Positions 30,871 through 41,515 are shown, counted from the first letter of the stretch. The stretch is DNA of 64,000 nt from Kofleriaceae bacterium (GCA_965215005.1 CBDCCZ010000011.1:49652-113651); one strand, 5' to 3'. Notes: generated by a model not told the origin, from the letters alone. Translations and numbers: made by a program.

Positions 30871-32064
30871 CTACGGCTTCGGGTCGTCGTCGGGGGAGCG
30901 CTTGATGGCGCGGCGGACGGTGCCGTCACCGAAGCGGGCGGCGATGGCATCGATCGTGTCGCCGAGGCGCTCGCCGCGGGCGCGCTGGGGCTCATAGAGG
31001 GTGAGCTGCCGCGGGGCGTCACGCGCTTCCAGCCCGGCGGCGGCCACGCCGCACAGGCGCACCCGCCGGGCCTTGCCATGAGCGCTATCGATAGGGACGT
31101 CGCCAAGAAGCGCCACGGCGGTGCGTCCGATGACGGTGCCGTCGCTGGTGGCATCGTCGAGAGTGCGGCGGCGGCTGAGCGAGCGGAAGTCGGCGTATTT
31201 GATTTTCAGCGTGACGGTCCTGGCGCGCAGGCAGCGCTGGCGCAGACGTGCTGCAACGCGGTCGGCTTGCCCAAGAAGCAGCTCAACGAGATCCTCGGCG
31301 CGTTCGAGGTCGACGTCGAAGGTTTGCTCGTGGCCGATGGATACCGGCGCCCGCTCGCTCACGACCTCCCGAGGATCGTCGCCGCGCGCCAGCGCCGCCA
31401 AGTGCGCGCCGGCGCCGGCTCCGAGCGCTCGCTTCAGCAGTGCCTCGGGATAGCGCGCGACTTGGCCGATGGTACCCAGTCCCAATGCCGCGAGTCGCTC
31501 CTGCGTCACCGCGCCCACGCCCCAGAGTCGGCTGACCGGTAGTGGCTCGAGGAACGCGCGCTCGCCGCCCGGCTCGATGACGCGCAGGCCATCTGGCTTG
31601 TCGATATCGGAGGCTATCTTGGCGAGAAACTTGTTTGGCGCCACTCCCACCGAAGCGATCAGGCCAAGCTCGTCGGCGACGCGGCGCTTGATGCGACGGG
31701 CGATGGTGGAACCGTCACCCAGCAGGCGGCGCTGACCGGTTACGTCGAGAAACCCCTCGTCGAGGGAGAGCGGCTCCACTTGCGGCGAAAATGCATCGAG
31801 GATCGCGAACAGCTGCCGCGATGCTGCGGCGTAGCGCGGCATGGCAATGGCGACCACGACGGCGTGCGGGCAGCGTCGCAGCGCCTCGGCCATCGGCATC
31901 GCCGAACGCACGCCATACGGCCGCGCTTCATAGGAAGCGGCGCAAACCACCCCGCGAGTAGCCGAGCCACCGACGATGACCGGGCGTCCGCGAAGCTCGG
32001 GGTGGTCGCGCTGCTCGACTGCGGCGTAGAACGCATCGAGATCGACGTGCAAGATCGTCGACAT
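30871..32064 (-). CDS. dinB: DNA polymerase IV (Y-family)
   Basis: [47 protein letters not shown]. Confidence 0.96.
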   Translation of the reverse strand: MSTILHVDLDAFYAAVEQRDHPELRGRPVIVGGSATRGVVCAASYEARPYGVRSAMPMAEALRRCPHAVVVAIAMPRYAAASRQLFAILDAFSPQVEPLSLDEGFLDVTGQRRLLGDGSTIARRIKRRVADELGLIASVGVAPNKFLAKIASDIDKPDGLRVIEPGGERAFLEPLPVSRLWGVGAVTQERLAALGLGTIGQVARYPEALLKRALGAGAGAHLAALARGDDPREVVSERAPVSIGHEQTFDVDLERAEDLVELLLGQADRVAARLRQRCLRARTVTLKIKYADFRSLSRRRTLDDATSDGTVIGRTAVALLGDVPIDSAHGKARRVRLCGVAAAGLEARDAPRQLTLYEPQRARGERLGDTIDAIAARFGDGTVRRAIKRSPDDDPKP

Positions 32065-32077
32065 CGAACGCCACTGG

Positions 32078-32509
32078 CTAGAACGGCTTCACCACCGCCA
32101 GCACCACGATGGCGAGGAAGATCAGATTGACGCCGTGTACCAGCACCGGCGAAGGCGCGGCCATCTTGCCCTCGCGAAACTTGCGTACTTTGATGCGTGC
32201 GACCACGTGTATGGGCAATAGCAGCAGCACCACGAGCGTGACCTTCGCGTGTAGCCAGCCGCCGCCGGCGACAAACCAGTTCGGCGTGATGCCAAAGGCC
32301 TGAATCAGGCCGGTGATAATAGCGAGCGTCGCGCCGGCGTCGGCGACGATGGCGGTGAGCTTCTCGAGCGACTGGAAGGCAGGCTGGGCGCTCGGTTGGG
32401 CGCGGGCGTGCGCGGCCAAGAGGTTGAGTGTGCCGAGGACGCCGGCGGTCCACAACAAGAAGCCAAACACGTGGAGGGCCTGGGTCCAAAGATAGGTGGT
32501 GGGGCTCAT
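32078..32509 (-). CDS. hemJ: HemJ/UPF0093-like protoporphyrinogen IX oxidase membrane protein
   Basis: YLW.QALHV....[12 protein letters not shown]-terminal LAVVKPF; about 143 aa. Confidence 0.75.
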   Translation of the reverse strand: MSPTTYLWTQALHVFGFLLWTAGVLGTLNLLAAHARAQPSAQPAFQSLEKLTAIVADAGATLAIITGLIQAFGITPNWFVAGGGWLHAKVTLVVLLLLPIHVVARIKVRKFREGKMAAPSPVLVHGVNLIFLAIVVLAVVKPF

Positions 32510-32650
32510 CGCCACCGACCGTACCCGATGCATTGCGCGAAAGGTGCGGCCTCTAGGCAGGTTTTGCGGCGACGACCGAGCATGGCGCGCCGCCGTCGCC
32601 TCGCCGCCCTTGGGGGTTGCCCGGCGGAGCCGATCGAATAAGGTAGCCAG

Positions 32651-33625
32651 GTGGCATCTCCACCCACCCGCCTCAAGATCTTCTTTCACGACCACTGCTT
32701 CGACGGCACCGCGTCTGCGGCTCTGTTCGCCGATTTTTATCGCCAAATCAAAGACTCGAGCTGCGTAGTCGAGTATCAGGGAATGCGACACTCCACCGGC
32801 GATCCCTTCGCGACGATGGCCATCGACGGCGACGTCAACTGCTGCGTCGACTTTCGCTACTGCGACCACCCGGCGATGCACTGGTGGTTCGATCACCACG
32901 TCAGTGCGTTTCAGCCGCCATCGCTGCGCGCCCACTTCGAGTCCGACAGCAGCGGCACCAAGTACTTCGATCCAACGGCGCGCTCGTGCACCAAAATGAT
33001 CTGCGAGGTCCTCAGCGGCGAGTGGGGCTATCGGGTGCCGCAGCGGCTCGAGTCGCTGGTGTCGTGGGCCGACATGATCGATAGCGCGCGCTATGAGTCG
33101 CCGGCGGAAGCGGTGGAGCTGGCGGCGCCGGCCATGCAGTTGGCGGCGTGGCTCGATCACAATCAAGATCCCGCGCTCACGGATCGCTACATTCGCGCGT
33201 TGCCGGACTTCGAGCTGCCGGAGCTGGTGCAGGCGCCGTGGATTCGTGCCGGACTCGAGCCGCTGTTGCAGGAGCATCAACGGGCCATCGAGTTGTTTCG
33301 CCATCAGGCGAGTCTCGAGCACGGCACCGTCTTCGCCGACTTGACCGAGCACGGCGTGAGCGGGCTGTCGGGCTTTATCGGCTATTTCGTGTATCCAGAG
33401 GCGCAATACGTGGTGACGGTGACCGCGCGACCGGATGCGGTAAAGGTGTCCGCAGGCTCCAATCCATGGACCGAGCAGCCGCGGCTACACGACTTGGCGG
33501 CGCTGTGCGAGCGCTACGGCGGCGGCGGTCATTCGGTGGTCGGCGGCGTGACGCTGCCGGCGGGCGAGATCGAGAAGGGGCGAGCGATTGGTGCGGCCAT
33601 CGCTTCGGCTCTGCGCGAGCGGTAG
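32651..33625 (+). CDS. DHH family phosphoesterase
   Basis: HDHCFDG, VDF, WFDHH, C-terminal GGGGH. Confidence 0.9.
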   Translation: MASPPTRLKIFFHDHCFDGTASAALFADFYRQIKDSSCVVEYQGMRHSTGDPFATMAIDGDVNCCVDFRYCDHPAMHWWFDHHVSAFQPPSLRAHFESDSSGTKYFDPTARSCTKMICEVLSGEWGYRVPQRLESLVSWADMIDSARYESPAEAVELAAPAMQLAAWLDHNQDPALTDRYIRALPDFELPELVQAPWIRAGLEPLLQEHQRAIELFRHQASLEHGTVFADLTEHGVSGLSGFIGYFVYPEAQYVVTVTARPDAVKVSAGSNPWTEQPRLHDLAALCERYGGGGHSVVGGVTLPAGEIEKGRAIGAAIASALRER

Positions 33626-33627
33626 CG

Positions 33628-34962
33628 CTACGGCGACTCGGCCAAGAGCTCTTGCAGCTGGCGCTCGATGACCTCGAGCTGACCGGGCGCAACGCCATCA
33701 TGGCGGTAGCGAATTCGGCCGCGGCGATCGATGAGAATTTCTGTGGGCAGCTGCGTGATGGTGAGCGGCTCGCCCGCGAGCTGCTGCTCGAGATCGAGGC
33801 CGATCGCAAAGCTGAGGCCGAGCCGAGACACGAACTCTTCGACAAGCTCGCGGCTCTCATCTTGCGAGATGGCAACAATCAGCAGGCCGTCGGCGGCGTG
33901 CGCGCGATGCAGCCGCTCGAGCTCGGGCATGATCTCTCGACACGGCGCGCACCAGGTAGCCCACACGTCAATGAGAACGACCTTCCCGCGGGTGCTCGCG
34001 GGCGAGAAGCTGGTGCCGTCGAGCAGTGGGATGTCGATGGCGGGCATCCGCTCACCCACGGCTTCGGCGTCCGCTGAGGTGGGTGGCGTCGGAGGCGGCG
34101 CGCTGCCGTCCTGGCGATTGATCGACCAGTCGTAGTCGCGAAAGCGAACCTCGTAGCCCGCCAGCTGCGCGCCCCGCAGCTGCAGCTCGAGGTCGCCGCG
34201 CGCATACAGGAGCAGAAAGTCGTAGAGGGTGGCGGTGGGGCGCTTGGTGCGTGCGCGGGCGAGCGCGATGAAGTCGTCGCGATACCACTTGAAGAGCTTG
34301 GAGACGCGAACTGCCTTGGCATCATCGACAACGGTGAGATTGGCGGGGTCGTTGATGAACGTGAGGGCGGCGCGTTCGAGCTCTTGATCGATGGTTGCGG
34401 GATCGAAGGAGGACTTGCGCAGGATCGGACAGGACGAGGAGCCGCAGTTGATCGCGAAGTGAATGCGCGCATCGTCGAAGCGGCGGCGCAGCACCTCGTG
34501 CTCGATGTCATCGAGGCTCATCTCTTTGCCGCCCACCAAGACGCGGAGATCGGCGAAAAAGCCGCGTCCCGGCGCTACATAGGAGGTGGCGCCGCCGCGC
34601 ACCTTGCGCACCGACTCGATCGGCCAGCGCCGCAGGACCTCGCGCAAGACGATGGCGTTGTAGAGATTGACCCAGTAGCTGAGGCGCTGGGCGCCGGAGT
34701 CGAACAGCGCGGGAGCAGAGTCGGGACTGGCGCTGGTGAGCTGGCCGAGAAACCGGTCGAAGGCAGCGATATCGGCTTCGCTCGTTTTCCAGCGGTCATA
34801 GTCGACGAGGCCGTTGTCACCTACGTAGGTGGCGAGCAGCCGGTCGTAGGTGGCAGTGTCGGCGCGCGTGGGCGCTGGCGGAGCGGGATAGCGCTGCACC
34901 GAGGCGCCACACGCAAACAGCATCGACAGGGCCAGGGCAGCGATCAGACGGCAGCTCGACAT
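33628..34962 (-). CDS. Lipoprotein fusing DUF547 and a TlpA-like thioredoxin domain
   Basis: Lipobox LFAC; GLVDY, YWVNLYN, DARIHFAINCGSSSCP, SKLFKWY..DF, YDWSIN; C-terminal DVWATWCAPC...P.EILIDRRG. Confidence 0.9.
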   Translation of the reverse strand: MSSCRLIAALALSMLFACGASVQRYPAPPAPTRADTATYDRLLATYVGDNGLVDYDRWKTSEADIAAFDRFLGQLTSASPDSAPALFDSGAQRLSYWVNLYNAIVLREVLRRWPIESVRKVRGGATSYVAPGRGFFADLRVLVGGKEMSLDDIEHEVLRRRFDDARIHFAINCGSSSCPILRKSSFDPATIDQELERAALTFINDPANLTVVDDAKAVRVSKLFKWYRDDFIALARARTKRPTATLYDFLLLYARGDLELQLRGAQLAGYEVRFRDYDWSINRQDGSAPPPTPPTSADAEAVGERMPAIDIPLLDGTSFSPASTRGKVVLIDVWATWCAPCREIMPELERLHRAHAADGLLIVAISQDESRELVEEFVSRLGLSFAIGLDLEQQLAGEPLTITQLPTEILIDRRGRIRYRHDGVAPGQLEVIERQLQELLAESP

Positions 34963-35168
34963 CAGCGCGCAACTGTAACCGATGGCTCTTGTAGCGGCAC
35001 GAGACGCGGGCGGAGGTTGAGCGTCGACTTCCGCTACGTTGCGCGCGGGTGAAACACGCGGCGTCGATGTAGCGAAGTTGACGGTGCTGCAGGTATGGCT
35101 GCGAATGCGCTGAACAGAGGGCAACGAGCAGCTGCTGGCCCGAGTGAGCTATGCGAGACTAGAGCGCG

Positions 35169-35193
35169 GGAACCGTGAATTCTGGCCAACGTC
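35169..35193 (+). promoter_or_regulatory. Candidate ECF sigma promoter upstream of the minor pilin cluster
   Basis: GGAAC-N16-CGTC, about 45 nt before the TTG start at 35239. Confidence 0.35.
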
Positions 35194-35238
35194 TTTGCAG
35201 AGCCTCGCCAGGTTCTAGAGACATGGCACCGAGGACTC

Positions 35239-35766
35239 TTGCTCCAACGTCACCACCTAGGTCAACGCGGCCTCACCTTGATCGAGCTGATGGTCGTGCT
35301 CGTCATCATCGGCATCTTGGCCGCGTTGGCGACGATGGCGATCTCAACCGGTGGATACGCGGCGACGACGCGAGGCTTCGCCGAACAAGTTGCCGCGCAA
35401 GTGGAAGCCGCGCGGATGCGCGCGAGCTCGACGCGTCGCTGGCAGCGCCTCGCGGTCAGCAGTAATGCAGTGGCGCATTGGGAGGCCAGCAATGAGGGGC
35501 TAGCGACGCCGAGCGACTGGCAGCTGATCGAAGAGGTGCCAGCGCCCAGCGGTGTGCGCGTCGCGGCGCTCGATAATCGCACCCATCTAACGCCCGGCGA
35601 TGGGGTGCCGACCATCGGCGCAGGGCTCGATGGGACGGTAGAGTTTGCGCCCGACGGCGCTGCCGAGGCGGCCACACTGTTCATTGGGGATGACGATGGC
35701 AGCCGGCGGTCACGAGTAGCCATCTATCGCGCAACCGGAACGGTGTATGTCTTCGAAGGCTGGTAG
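35239..35766 (+). CDS. Type IV minor pilin, FimT/FimU-like
   Basis: Prepilin cleavage motif QRG|LTLIELMVV; first gene of the cluster. Confidence 0.88.
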   Translation: MLQRHHLGQRGLTLIELMVVLVIIGILAALATMAISTGGYAATTRGFAEQVAAQVEAARMRASSTRRWQRLAVSSNAVAHWEASNEGLATPSDWQLIEEVPAPSGVRVAALDNRTHLTPGDGVPTIGAGLDGTVEFAPDGAAEAATLFIGDDDGSRRSRVAIYRATGTVYVFEGW

Positions 35767-35776
35767 GGCGAAGCGA

Positions 35777-36157
35777 ATGCGTCATGGCACGGCTGAGCGC
35801 GGCTTCACGATGCTCGAGCTGATGATTGCCCTCACGGTGCTGCTGATCGGCATCGCCGGCATCGTTGGCATGCAGATGAGCGCGATGCGCGCCAGCGCGT
35901 ATTCGCGTCACGCGACCGAAGCTTCGGTGCTGGCGGAGGACAAAATGGAAGAGCTGCGAACGGTGCCGCTAGGGGCCATCGTCGCTGCTAGCGATACGGT
36001 CGATGCGCGGGGCAATGCCGCTCCGGGTCCGTTCACACGCGCGTGGGCGTTGACGTGGAACGGAGCCGCCACCGCGAACCTCACGGTCACCGTGAGCTGG
36101 CTCGAACGCGGCAGCGACAGTCACTCCGTCGCTTTCACCACCGTGAGAACGCCATGA
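35777..36157 (+). CDS. Type IV minor pilin, PilV-like
   Basis: ERG|FTMLELMIAL; LAEDKMEELR; VTVSW. Confidence 0.88.
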   Translation: MRHGTAERGFTMLELMIALTVLLIGIAGIVGMQMSAMRASAYSRHATEASVLAEDKMEELRTVPLGAIVAASDTVDARGNAAPGPFTRAWALTWNGAATANLTVTVSWLERGSDSHSVAFTTVRTP

Positions 36158-37146
36158 ACGATCGCGCCCCTGCCGCCGCCGGCCTCACGCTGATCGAGCT
36201 GATGGTCTCGCTGGTCATCGTATCGATTTGCGTGGCGGCGACCCTCACGTTCGGCGCGCACCTGGCCGAATCGTTTCGCGAGCAGCGGCGCGCGGTGCAA
36301 GTGCAACGCGCGGCTCGAGTGTCGCTCGACATTCTCAGCGACGCGATTCGCAATGCCAGCGCTGGAGTGCCGAGCGGCAATATCATCGACTTGATCGGCT
36401 GCACTACGGGCGGCAGCGTTCGCGTCGTCAATGATGATGCGGGGCCCGATACTCTCGAGGTCATCTACGCCTCCGGAGGGGTGGTTACGTCGATTCGCGA
36501 AGCCTTTACCACCTCGAGCACCACCGTGACGGTGGTGGATGCATCTGAGCTCAGGGCCGGCGACTACGCCATCGTCACCGACTCCGACGTCGGCGCGCTG
36601 GTCGAGGTTTTGGCCGTGACGCCGAGCGGCTCCGAGTACACCTTGACGATCACCGACCCATCGGCCTGCGCGAGCGCCTCGTTTCCCGCTACCGGCTTTC
36701 CGCCCGGTTCGCTGCTCCTGCGGGCTCGCGCGGCGCGTTTCAGCATCCTCGACGATGCCAGCGTCGGCGATATCCCCACCCTGATGATCGACCCCGATGG
36801 GCCAGGGCCATTGACGGCCGAGCCAATGGCCGAAGGCATCGAGGACCTGCAAGTGGCGGTCGGCGTCGACAGCAACGGCGACGGCACGCTCACCGACACC
36901 AGCTCTACCGCGGACGAGTGGCACTACAACATCGTGGGTGATGCGGTCGCGCCGCTCATCACCGCCGAGCCGTGGCGAGCGCTGCGCATCACGTTGGTCG
37001 CGCGGTCGGCGCGCGAAGGCTCGGATGCGGATATCTCCACGCGCCCGGCGGCAGAAGACCGCAGTGCAGCCGTGGCCGCGGATCCGTTTCGTCGGCGGCT
37101 GCTGTCGACGACGGTCGAAATTCGCAACTTGAGGGGGTCGCCGTGA
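36154..37146 (+). CDS. Type IV minor pilin, PilW-like
   Basis: AAG|LTLIELMVSL; MAEGIEDLQV..GVD; TTVEIRN. Confidence 0.88.
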   Translation: MNDRAPAAAGLTLIELMVSLVIVSICVAATLTFGAHLAESFREQRRAVQVQRAARVSLDILSDAIRNASAGVPSGNIIDLIGCTTGGSVRVVNDDAGPDTLEVIYASGGVVTSIREAFTTSSTTVTVVDASELRAGDYAIVTDSDVGALVEVLAVTPSGSEYTLTITDPSACASASFPATGFPPGSLLLRARAARFSILDDASVGDIPTLMIDPDGPGPLTAEPMAEGIEDLQVAVGVDSNGDGTLTDTSSTADEWHYNIVGDAVAPLITAEPWRALRITLVARSAREGSDADISTRPAAEDRSAAVAADPFRRRLLSTTVEIRNLRGSP

Positions 37147-37661
37147 GCCATGGAGATAGCCAGCGCGGCTCCGTCATGGTCATCGTCGTCACCATGTTGG
37201 CGGCGCTGCTGGCAGGCGCCGGTATCGCTATCTATCTACAGATCTCCGATACCCGGTCGACGAGCCTGGTGCGTGCAACTCGCAGCGCGCTCTATTGTGC
37301 CGAGGCAGGGCTTGCCGCCTCGCGCCCCATCATTGGTAGCCAGTACGGCGCGTGGCAGCAGCTGCTCGATGCCGACGCCAGCAATGATCCAAGTTGGTAT
37401 CCAATCGTTGGCGACCTCGATGACCCGCCAGATGGCATCAACGACTATGAGGTTCGAATTCGCGATAATGATGATGAGTTGCCGCCGCTGCCCAATGATC
37501 CCACGCGAGATAACGATTTGCGCATCTTCGTGGTGTCCCGCTGTATCTCGGTCCCCGACGCACCTCGGGAAGTGCTCGAGTTGGTGACGTATCGCAGTGG
37601 CGGCAGCGTGTACCGCAATCAGTCGGGGCAAGGCTCAGGCAACACTGGCAATGTGAATTGA
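37143..37661 (+). CDS. Type IV minor pilin, PilX-like
   Basis: QRG|SVMVIVV (lacks Glu5, as typical for PilX); ALYCAEAGL; GTGA overlap. Confidence 0.82.
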   Translation: MSHGDSQRGSVMVIVVTMLAALLAGAGIAIYLQISDTRSTSLVRATRSALYCAEAGLAASRPIIGSQYGAWQQLLDADASNDPSWYPIVGDLDDPPDGINDYEVRIRDNDDELPPLPNDPTRDNDLRIFVVSRCISVPDAPREVLELVTYRSGGSVYRNQSGQGSGNTGNVN

Positions 37662-37674
37662 ATCGGCGGCGGCG

Positions 37675-38679
37675 ATGGCAATGAAGCGTGTGGCTCTGGC
37701 GATTGCCATCATGGTTCTGGTCGCCACCCGCTCGGGCGTTGCTGCTGCGGCGCCGGCGCGCGTGGTGGTGCTTGGCCACGACGAGAGCCTGCCGCCGGCG
37801 TTTCTGGCAAGCCTTCGGATACAGCTCACCGGAGTTGGGGTGGTGGAGGAAGGGCCGCCACTACAGGGCGAGCGACTTGCGGAGCAGGTGGCATTCGCAA
37901 CCGAGCTCGTGCAGTCCGAGGGATTTGCGATGGCGGTTTGGCTCGATGCGCCGGCCGCCGGCGAGCCGCGGCAGCACGTCTTGTACGTGGTTGGCGAGCA
38001 GGGAGGGCGGGCGCTGGTCGAGGTATTCGAGCTCCCCGACAAAGAAGGCGCCGCCGCCGACCGCGCGATGGCGCTCAAGGTCCGCGAAGTGCTCGATACC
38101 ATCTTGCTGCCGCAAGAAAGCCCACCAACCGTCGCCGAGTGGGTGGGACGAGAGGCGCCCAAGAAGGCCCCGTCCACGGTGCTGCTGCTCGATTTCTCCA
38201 CCCGCGTGAGCTGGAATGCGGGCACCTTTGAGCCGGGGCTCTCGGTGCAGCTCGGGCCGCGCTGGCAACTCCCCCTCATCGTCGATGCGTTTGCGGTGCT
38301 CGAGGTCGGCCCGGGCGTCGAGGTAGCCCGAGACAGTGGCCGAGTGGACACCGACAGGGCCGGTGTGGGCGCCGGGGTTCGCGTCTCCGCCAAGATTGCG
38401 CCGGTGGCGGTTGGCGCGAGCGCGGCTGTGGTCGCGCGCTTGGTGCGGGCCGAAGGAGTGACGCCGGCGGGAGCCAAGGGCGCCGAAACCGTGGTGCTGC
38501 CGACCCTGGTGGCCGCGGCGGAGGCGCGCTGGCCAGCCCGCAGTGGGGTGCAAGGCCGCGTTTCTACTGGCCTTCAGCTCGCGGCTATCAGGCAGGTGTT
38601 CGCGGTCAATGAGCAGCCGGTGGCGGATTTGGGTCGAGTGGCCCCGCTGCTGGAGGTGGGATTGGCGGTTTCTTTTTGA
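37675..38679 (+). CDS. Hypothetical exported protein, possibly with a C-terminal outer-membrane beta-barrel
   Basis: Signal peptide; amphipathic beta-strands; ends in Phe (GLAVSF). Confidence 0.7.
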   Translation: MAMKRVALAIAIMVLVATRSGVAAAAPARVVVLGHDESLPPAFLASLRIQLTGVGVVEEGPPLQGERLAEQVAFATELVQSEGFAMAVWLDAPAAGEPRQHVLYVVGEQGGRALVEVFELPDKEGAAADRAMALKVREVLDTILLPQESPPTVAEWVGREAPKKAPSTVLLLDFSTRVSWNAGTFEPGLSVQLGPRWQLPLIVDAFAVLEVGPGVEVARDSGRVDTDRAGVGAGVRVSAKIAPVAVGASAAVVARLVRAEGVTPAGAKGAETVVLPTLVAAAEARWPARSGVQGRVSTGLQLAAIRQVFAVNEQPVADLGRVAPLLEVGLAVSF

Positions 38680-38730
38680 GCGTGCGCTTTTTTTTCAACC
38701 CGCCCCGGCGGCGACGCAACAGAAGGACGA

Positions 38731-39339
38731 GTGCTCGTGAGCCAGCAAGAGCAACGCGCTGGTGACCCCTCACCAGAGTTGATCGAGGCCTGTCGACAAG
38801 GAGACAGGATCGCGCTCGATCGCGTCTTGCGCGAGCACCTGCGAGGGATCGAACGACTCATCTGCCGCATGGTAGGACCTGGTGCGGACTTAGAAGACCT
38901 GGTGCAACAGACGATGATCGCCGTCATACATGCGTTTCCTCGCTTTCGCGGCGAAGCATCGGTGCGCCACTGGATGGCGGGCATCGCGGTCAACATCGTT
39001 CGTCAGCACTTCCGCCGACCTGAGCGGCGCCGGCGTGCGAGCCTCGAGCTCGTGGTCGACGAGGTTCCCGATCACGCGGTGGCCGTCGATCGCCACGCCG
39101 GCGAGCGCCAGACGCTGGCGCGCGTGTATCACCACCTCGAGAAGATAGCGCCCAAGAAGCGCCTCGCATTTACGCTGCACGTCATTGGCGGCTATCCAGT
39201 CGACGAGGTGGCCGCTCTCACCGGTGCGACCAAGGCGGCGACCAAGTCGCGAATCATGTGGGCGCGACGGGCGCTGCTCAAGAGTGCGCGTCGTGACCCA
39301 GCGCTTGCCGATAGCGTTCCGGCAGAGGAGGTCGCATGA
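38731..39339 (+). CDS. ECF RNA polymerase sigma factor
   Basis: EDLVQQT, FRGEASVRHW..IAVN; region 4 EVAALTG....TKSR...AR. Confidence 0.93.
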   Translation: MLVSQQEQRAGDPSPELIEACRQGDRIALDRVLREHLRGIERLICRMVGPGADLEDLVQQTMIAVIHAFPRFRGEASVRHWMAGIAVNIVRQHFRRPERRRRASLELVVDEVPDHAVAVDRHAGERQTLARVYHHLEKIAPKKRLAFTLHVIGGYPVDEVAALTGATKAATKSRIMWARRALLKSARRDPALADSVPAEEVA

Positions 39340-40601
39340 TCGGCTGCAAGCGCGCGATTGTGTTGCTGCTGGGCCGCGCCTCCGGGCTTTCGGACGCCGA
39401 GCGACTGCGCCTCGAGCAGCACCTGGATGGGTGCGAGCGCTGCCGGCGCGAAGCGCTCGAGCTCGATCGGTTGGTGCAGCCAGCGCTTGGTTCTGCATTG
39501 CCCGCGCTCAGCCAGCGGGCGCGCCATCGCATTGTTGCTGGCGCGCTCAGCGCCCTCGATAGTCCGCGTGCGCCGGCCCCTGTGGCCGCGCGACCGCGAC
39601 GCCAGCTTTGGGTTCCGATGGGGCTCGCGGCGTCTCTGGCGGTGGTAACCACCCTCATCCTACTCAGCCACTCCCATAGTCCCAGCACGCAACCGGCACG
39701 AGTAGTTGAGTCCACCGCCCCGACGCCGCGAGCCCCTGACGATCCATCTTCAAGCTCACCCGCCGAGCCAGCCAACCGCGACGAGCTGGCGATTGCCGAG
39801 GTCGTCACTGCCGGCACTATCGAGGTTGCCGGAATTGCGCTGTCGATTGGGGCGGCGGTTCCCGCCGATGCCCCGATGCGCGCGAAAGACGCAGCCGCGT
39901 TGCAGGTGGCGGATGCGGTGCTTTCGCTGCGGCGCGGGAGTGTGCTGCGCTGGAATCCCAGCGAGCGCGAGGCGCGGCTGGAAAAGGGCGCCGTGCGCGT
40001 CGAGGCGGCGCAGGCGGTGCGCGTCGCCACCAAGCGGTTTCGCGTAGAGCTCAGCGGCGCCGATTCCACGATTGGGCAGCGCTCGGTGCACGTTCATGAG
40101 GGCAGCGCGCGGGTTTTCGCGGCCGATGGCACGGTGTTGGCGGCGCAGGTGGTGGCGGGGGAGTCGTGGGAGCTGCCGGCGCCGCGGCGCAAAGCAGAGG
40201 AACGTGGTGCTCCGGCGAACGTGGCCAGCGAGGTCGAAGCTCGGCTTCTGCAGGCCCGCGAGCTGCTCGCGACGGGCCAGATCGAGGAAGCGCGCGCGGC
40301 GGTGCGCGAGACGCAACGCATTGCGCGGACCTCTCGCCAACGAGCCGAAGCCGAGACGCTGTTGGCCGAGTGCGCCATGGTCGCCGGCCAGAGCGGCGCA
40401 GCAATTCAGCTTTATATTCGCGTGAGCGAGCGCTATAGCGGCTCGCCGGCGGCAGAGAACGCCTTGTTTGCTGCCGCGCGGCTGGCGGCCAGCAGCGGGA
40501 TGACGAGCAGAGCCCGCGAGCTTCTGGAGCGCTATCTCGAGCGCTATCCGCAAGGCCGGCTGCGAAGCGAAGCGAAGCGGCGACTCGAGCGGCTGCGATG
40601 A
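39336..40601 (+). CDS. Anti-sigma factor (zf-HC2, TM, FecR-like, TPR)
   Basis: HLDGCERC, one TM segment, FecR-like LEKGAV...VHVHEGS, TPR-like C-terminus YLERYPQG. Confidence 0.85.
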   Translation: MIGCKRAIVLLLGRASGLSDAERLRLEQHLDGCERCRREALELDRLVQPALGSALPALSQRARHRIVAGALSALDSPRAPAPVAARPRRQLWVPMGLAASLAVVTTLILLSHSHSPSTQPARVVESTAPTPRAPDDPSSSSPAEPANRDELAIAEVVTAGTIEVAGIALSIGAAVPADAPMRAKDAAALQVADAVLSLRRGSVLRWNPSEREARLEKGAVRVEAAQAVRVATKRFRVELSGADSTIGQRSVHVHEGSARVFAADGTVLAAQVVAGESWELPAPRRKAEERGAPANVASEVEARLLQARELLATGQIEEARAAVRETQRIARTSRQRAEAETLLAECAMVAGQSGAAIQLYIRVSERYSGSPAAENALFAAARLAASSGMTSRARELLERYLERYPQGRLRSEAKRRLERLR

Positions 40602-41395
40602 GATGCCGTGAAACGCGACGCGGGGCAAGCGCTGCGTATGCGCTGGTCATCATGGCGCTGGTCATCGGTTGCTCGAGCCATGACAACTTGGCTTCCGATG
40701 GTGTTGGAGATGCTGGCGACCGCAGCGACGCGCCCGAGTCAGCGTGCGTGCCGGGGCCGACGCAGTGCAGCAACTGCATCGACGATGACGGCGACGGCGC
40801 CATCGACGGCTTCGATGCGCAATGCACCTCGGCGTTGGATCGCCGCGAGGACAGCTTTGCCACCGGGATCCCCGGGGACAACAGCGACGCGATCAAACAG
40901 GATTGCTACTACGACGGCAACAGCGGCGCCGGCGATGATGGCTGCGACTTGCACGTCTGCTGCTTGCTCGCCGACGATGCGTGTCCCGACGCGGACTGGG
41001 ATCGGGCCAGCGCCGACTGCACCGTGAGCCAGGAATGCGTCGCGGCGTGCGCACCGCTCACGCCACCCGGATGCGACTGTTTTGGCTGTTGCACCGTGTG
41101 CGACGGCGCCAGCTGTTTTGACATCCTCATCCATCCCAAGCTGTCGCCCAACTGCGACGTCGACGTGCTCAGCGACCCGCAGGCGTGCTTGCGCTGCGAG
41201 AAACAGCGAGACTGCCGGCAAGCCGATTGCGACCCCGAGCAGTGCATCCCATGCCCCGGCCAGTCCCCCGACAGCCTGCCCAGCCACTGCACAGACGCCC
41301 GGTGCCCCGGCGAGCTGGCTAGCTGTCGCAGCAGCGCCGACTGTGGCGACACACAGTTTTGCGCTGGCGGGTGCTGTATCGACCAAATCGAGTAA
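40598..41395 (+). CDS. Cys/Asp-rich lipoprotein
   Basis: Lipobox VIGC; CSNCIDDDGDGAIDGFD..C; dense Cys throughout. Confidence 0.85.
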   Translation: MRCRETRRGASAAYALVIMALVIGCSSHDNLASDGVGDAGDRSDAPESACVPGPTQCSNCIDDDGDGAIDGFDAQCTSALDRREDSFATGIPGDNSDAIKQDCYYDGNSGAGDDGCDLHVCCLLADDACPDADWDRASADCTVSQECVAACAPLTPPGCDCFGCCTVCDGASCFDILIHPKLSPNCDVDVLSDPQACLRCEKQRDCRQADCDPEQCIPCPGQSPDSLPSHCTDARCPGELASCRSSADCGDTQFCAGGCCIDQIE

Positions 41396-41515
41396 CGATT
41401 GGCCGTGCGTCGGCCGATATCGCCTTCGGTTTGAGTCGCTGCGTTATCCTGCTCACGAGCGGTTGCGCCGCTTCCTTGTGAGAGGCGGGGTGCGCGGCTA
41501 CATTTCGTCAGCCTC

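Noticed and set aside
32510..33406. Long N-terminal extension of the HemJ ORF (442 aa)
   Set aside because: It is an antisense shadow of the DHH gene; the HemJ-like sequence starts at 32509.
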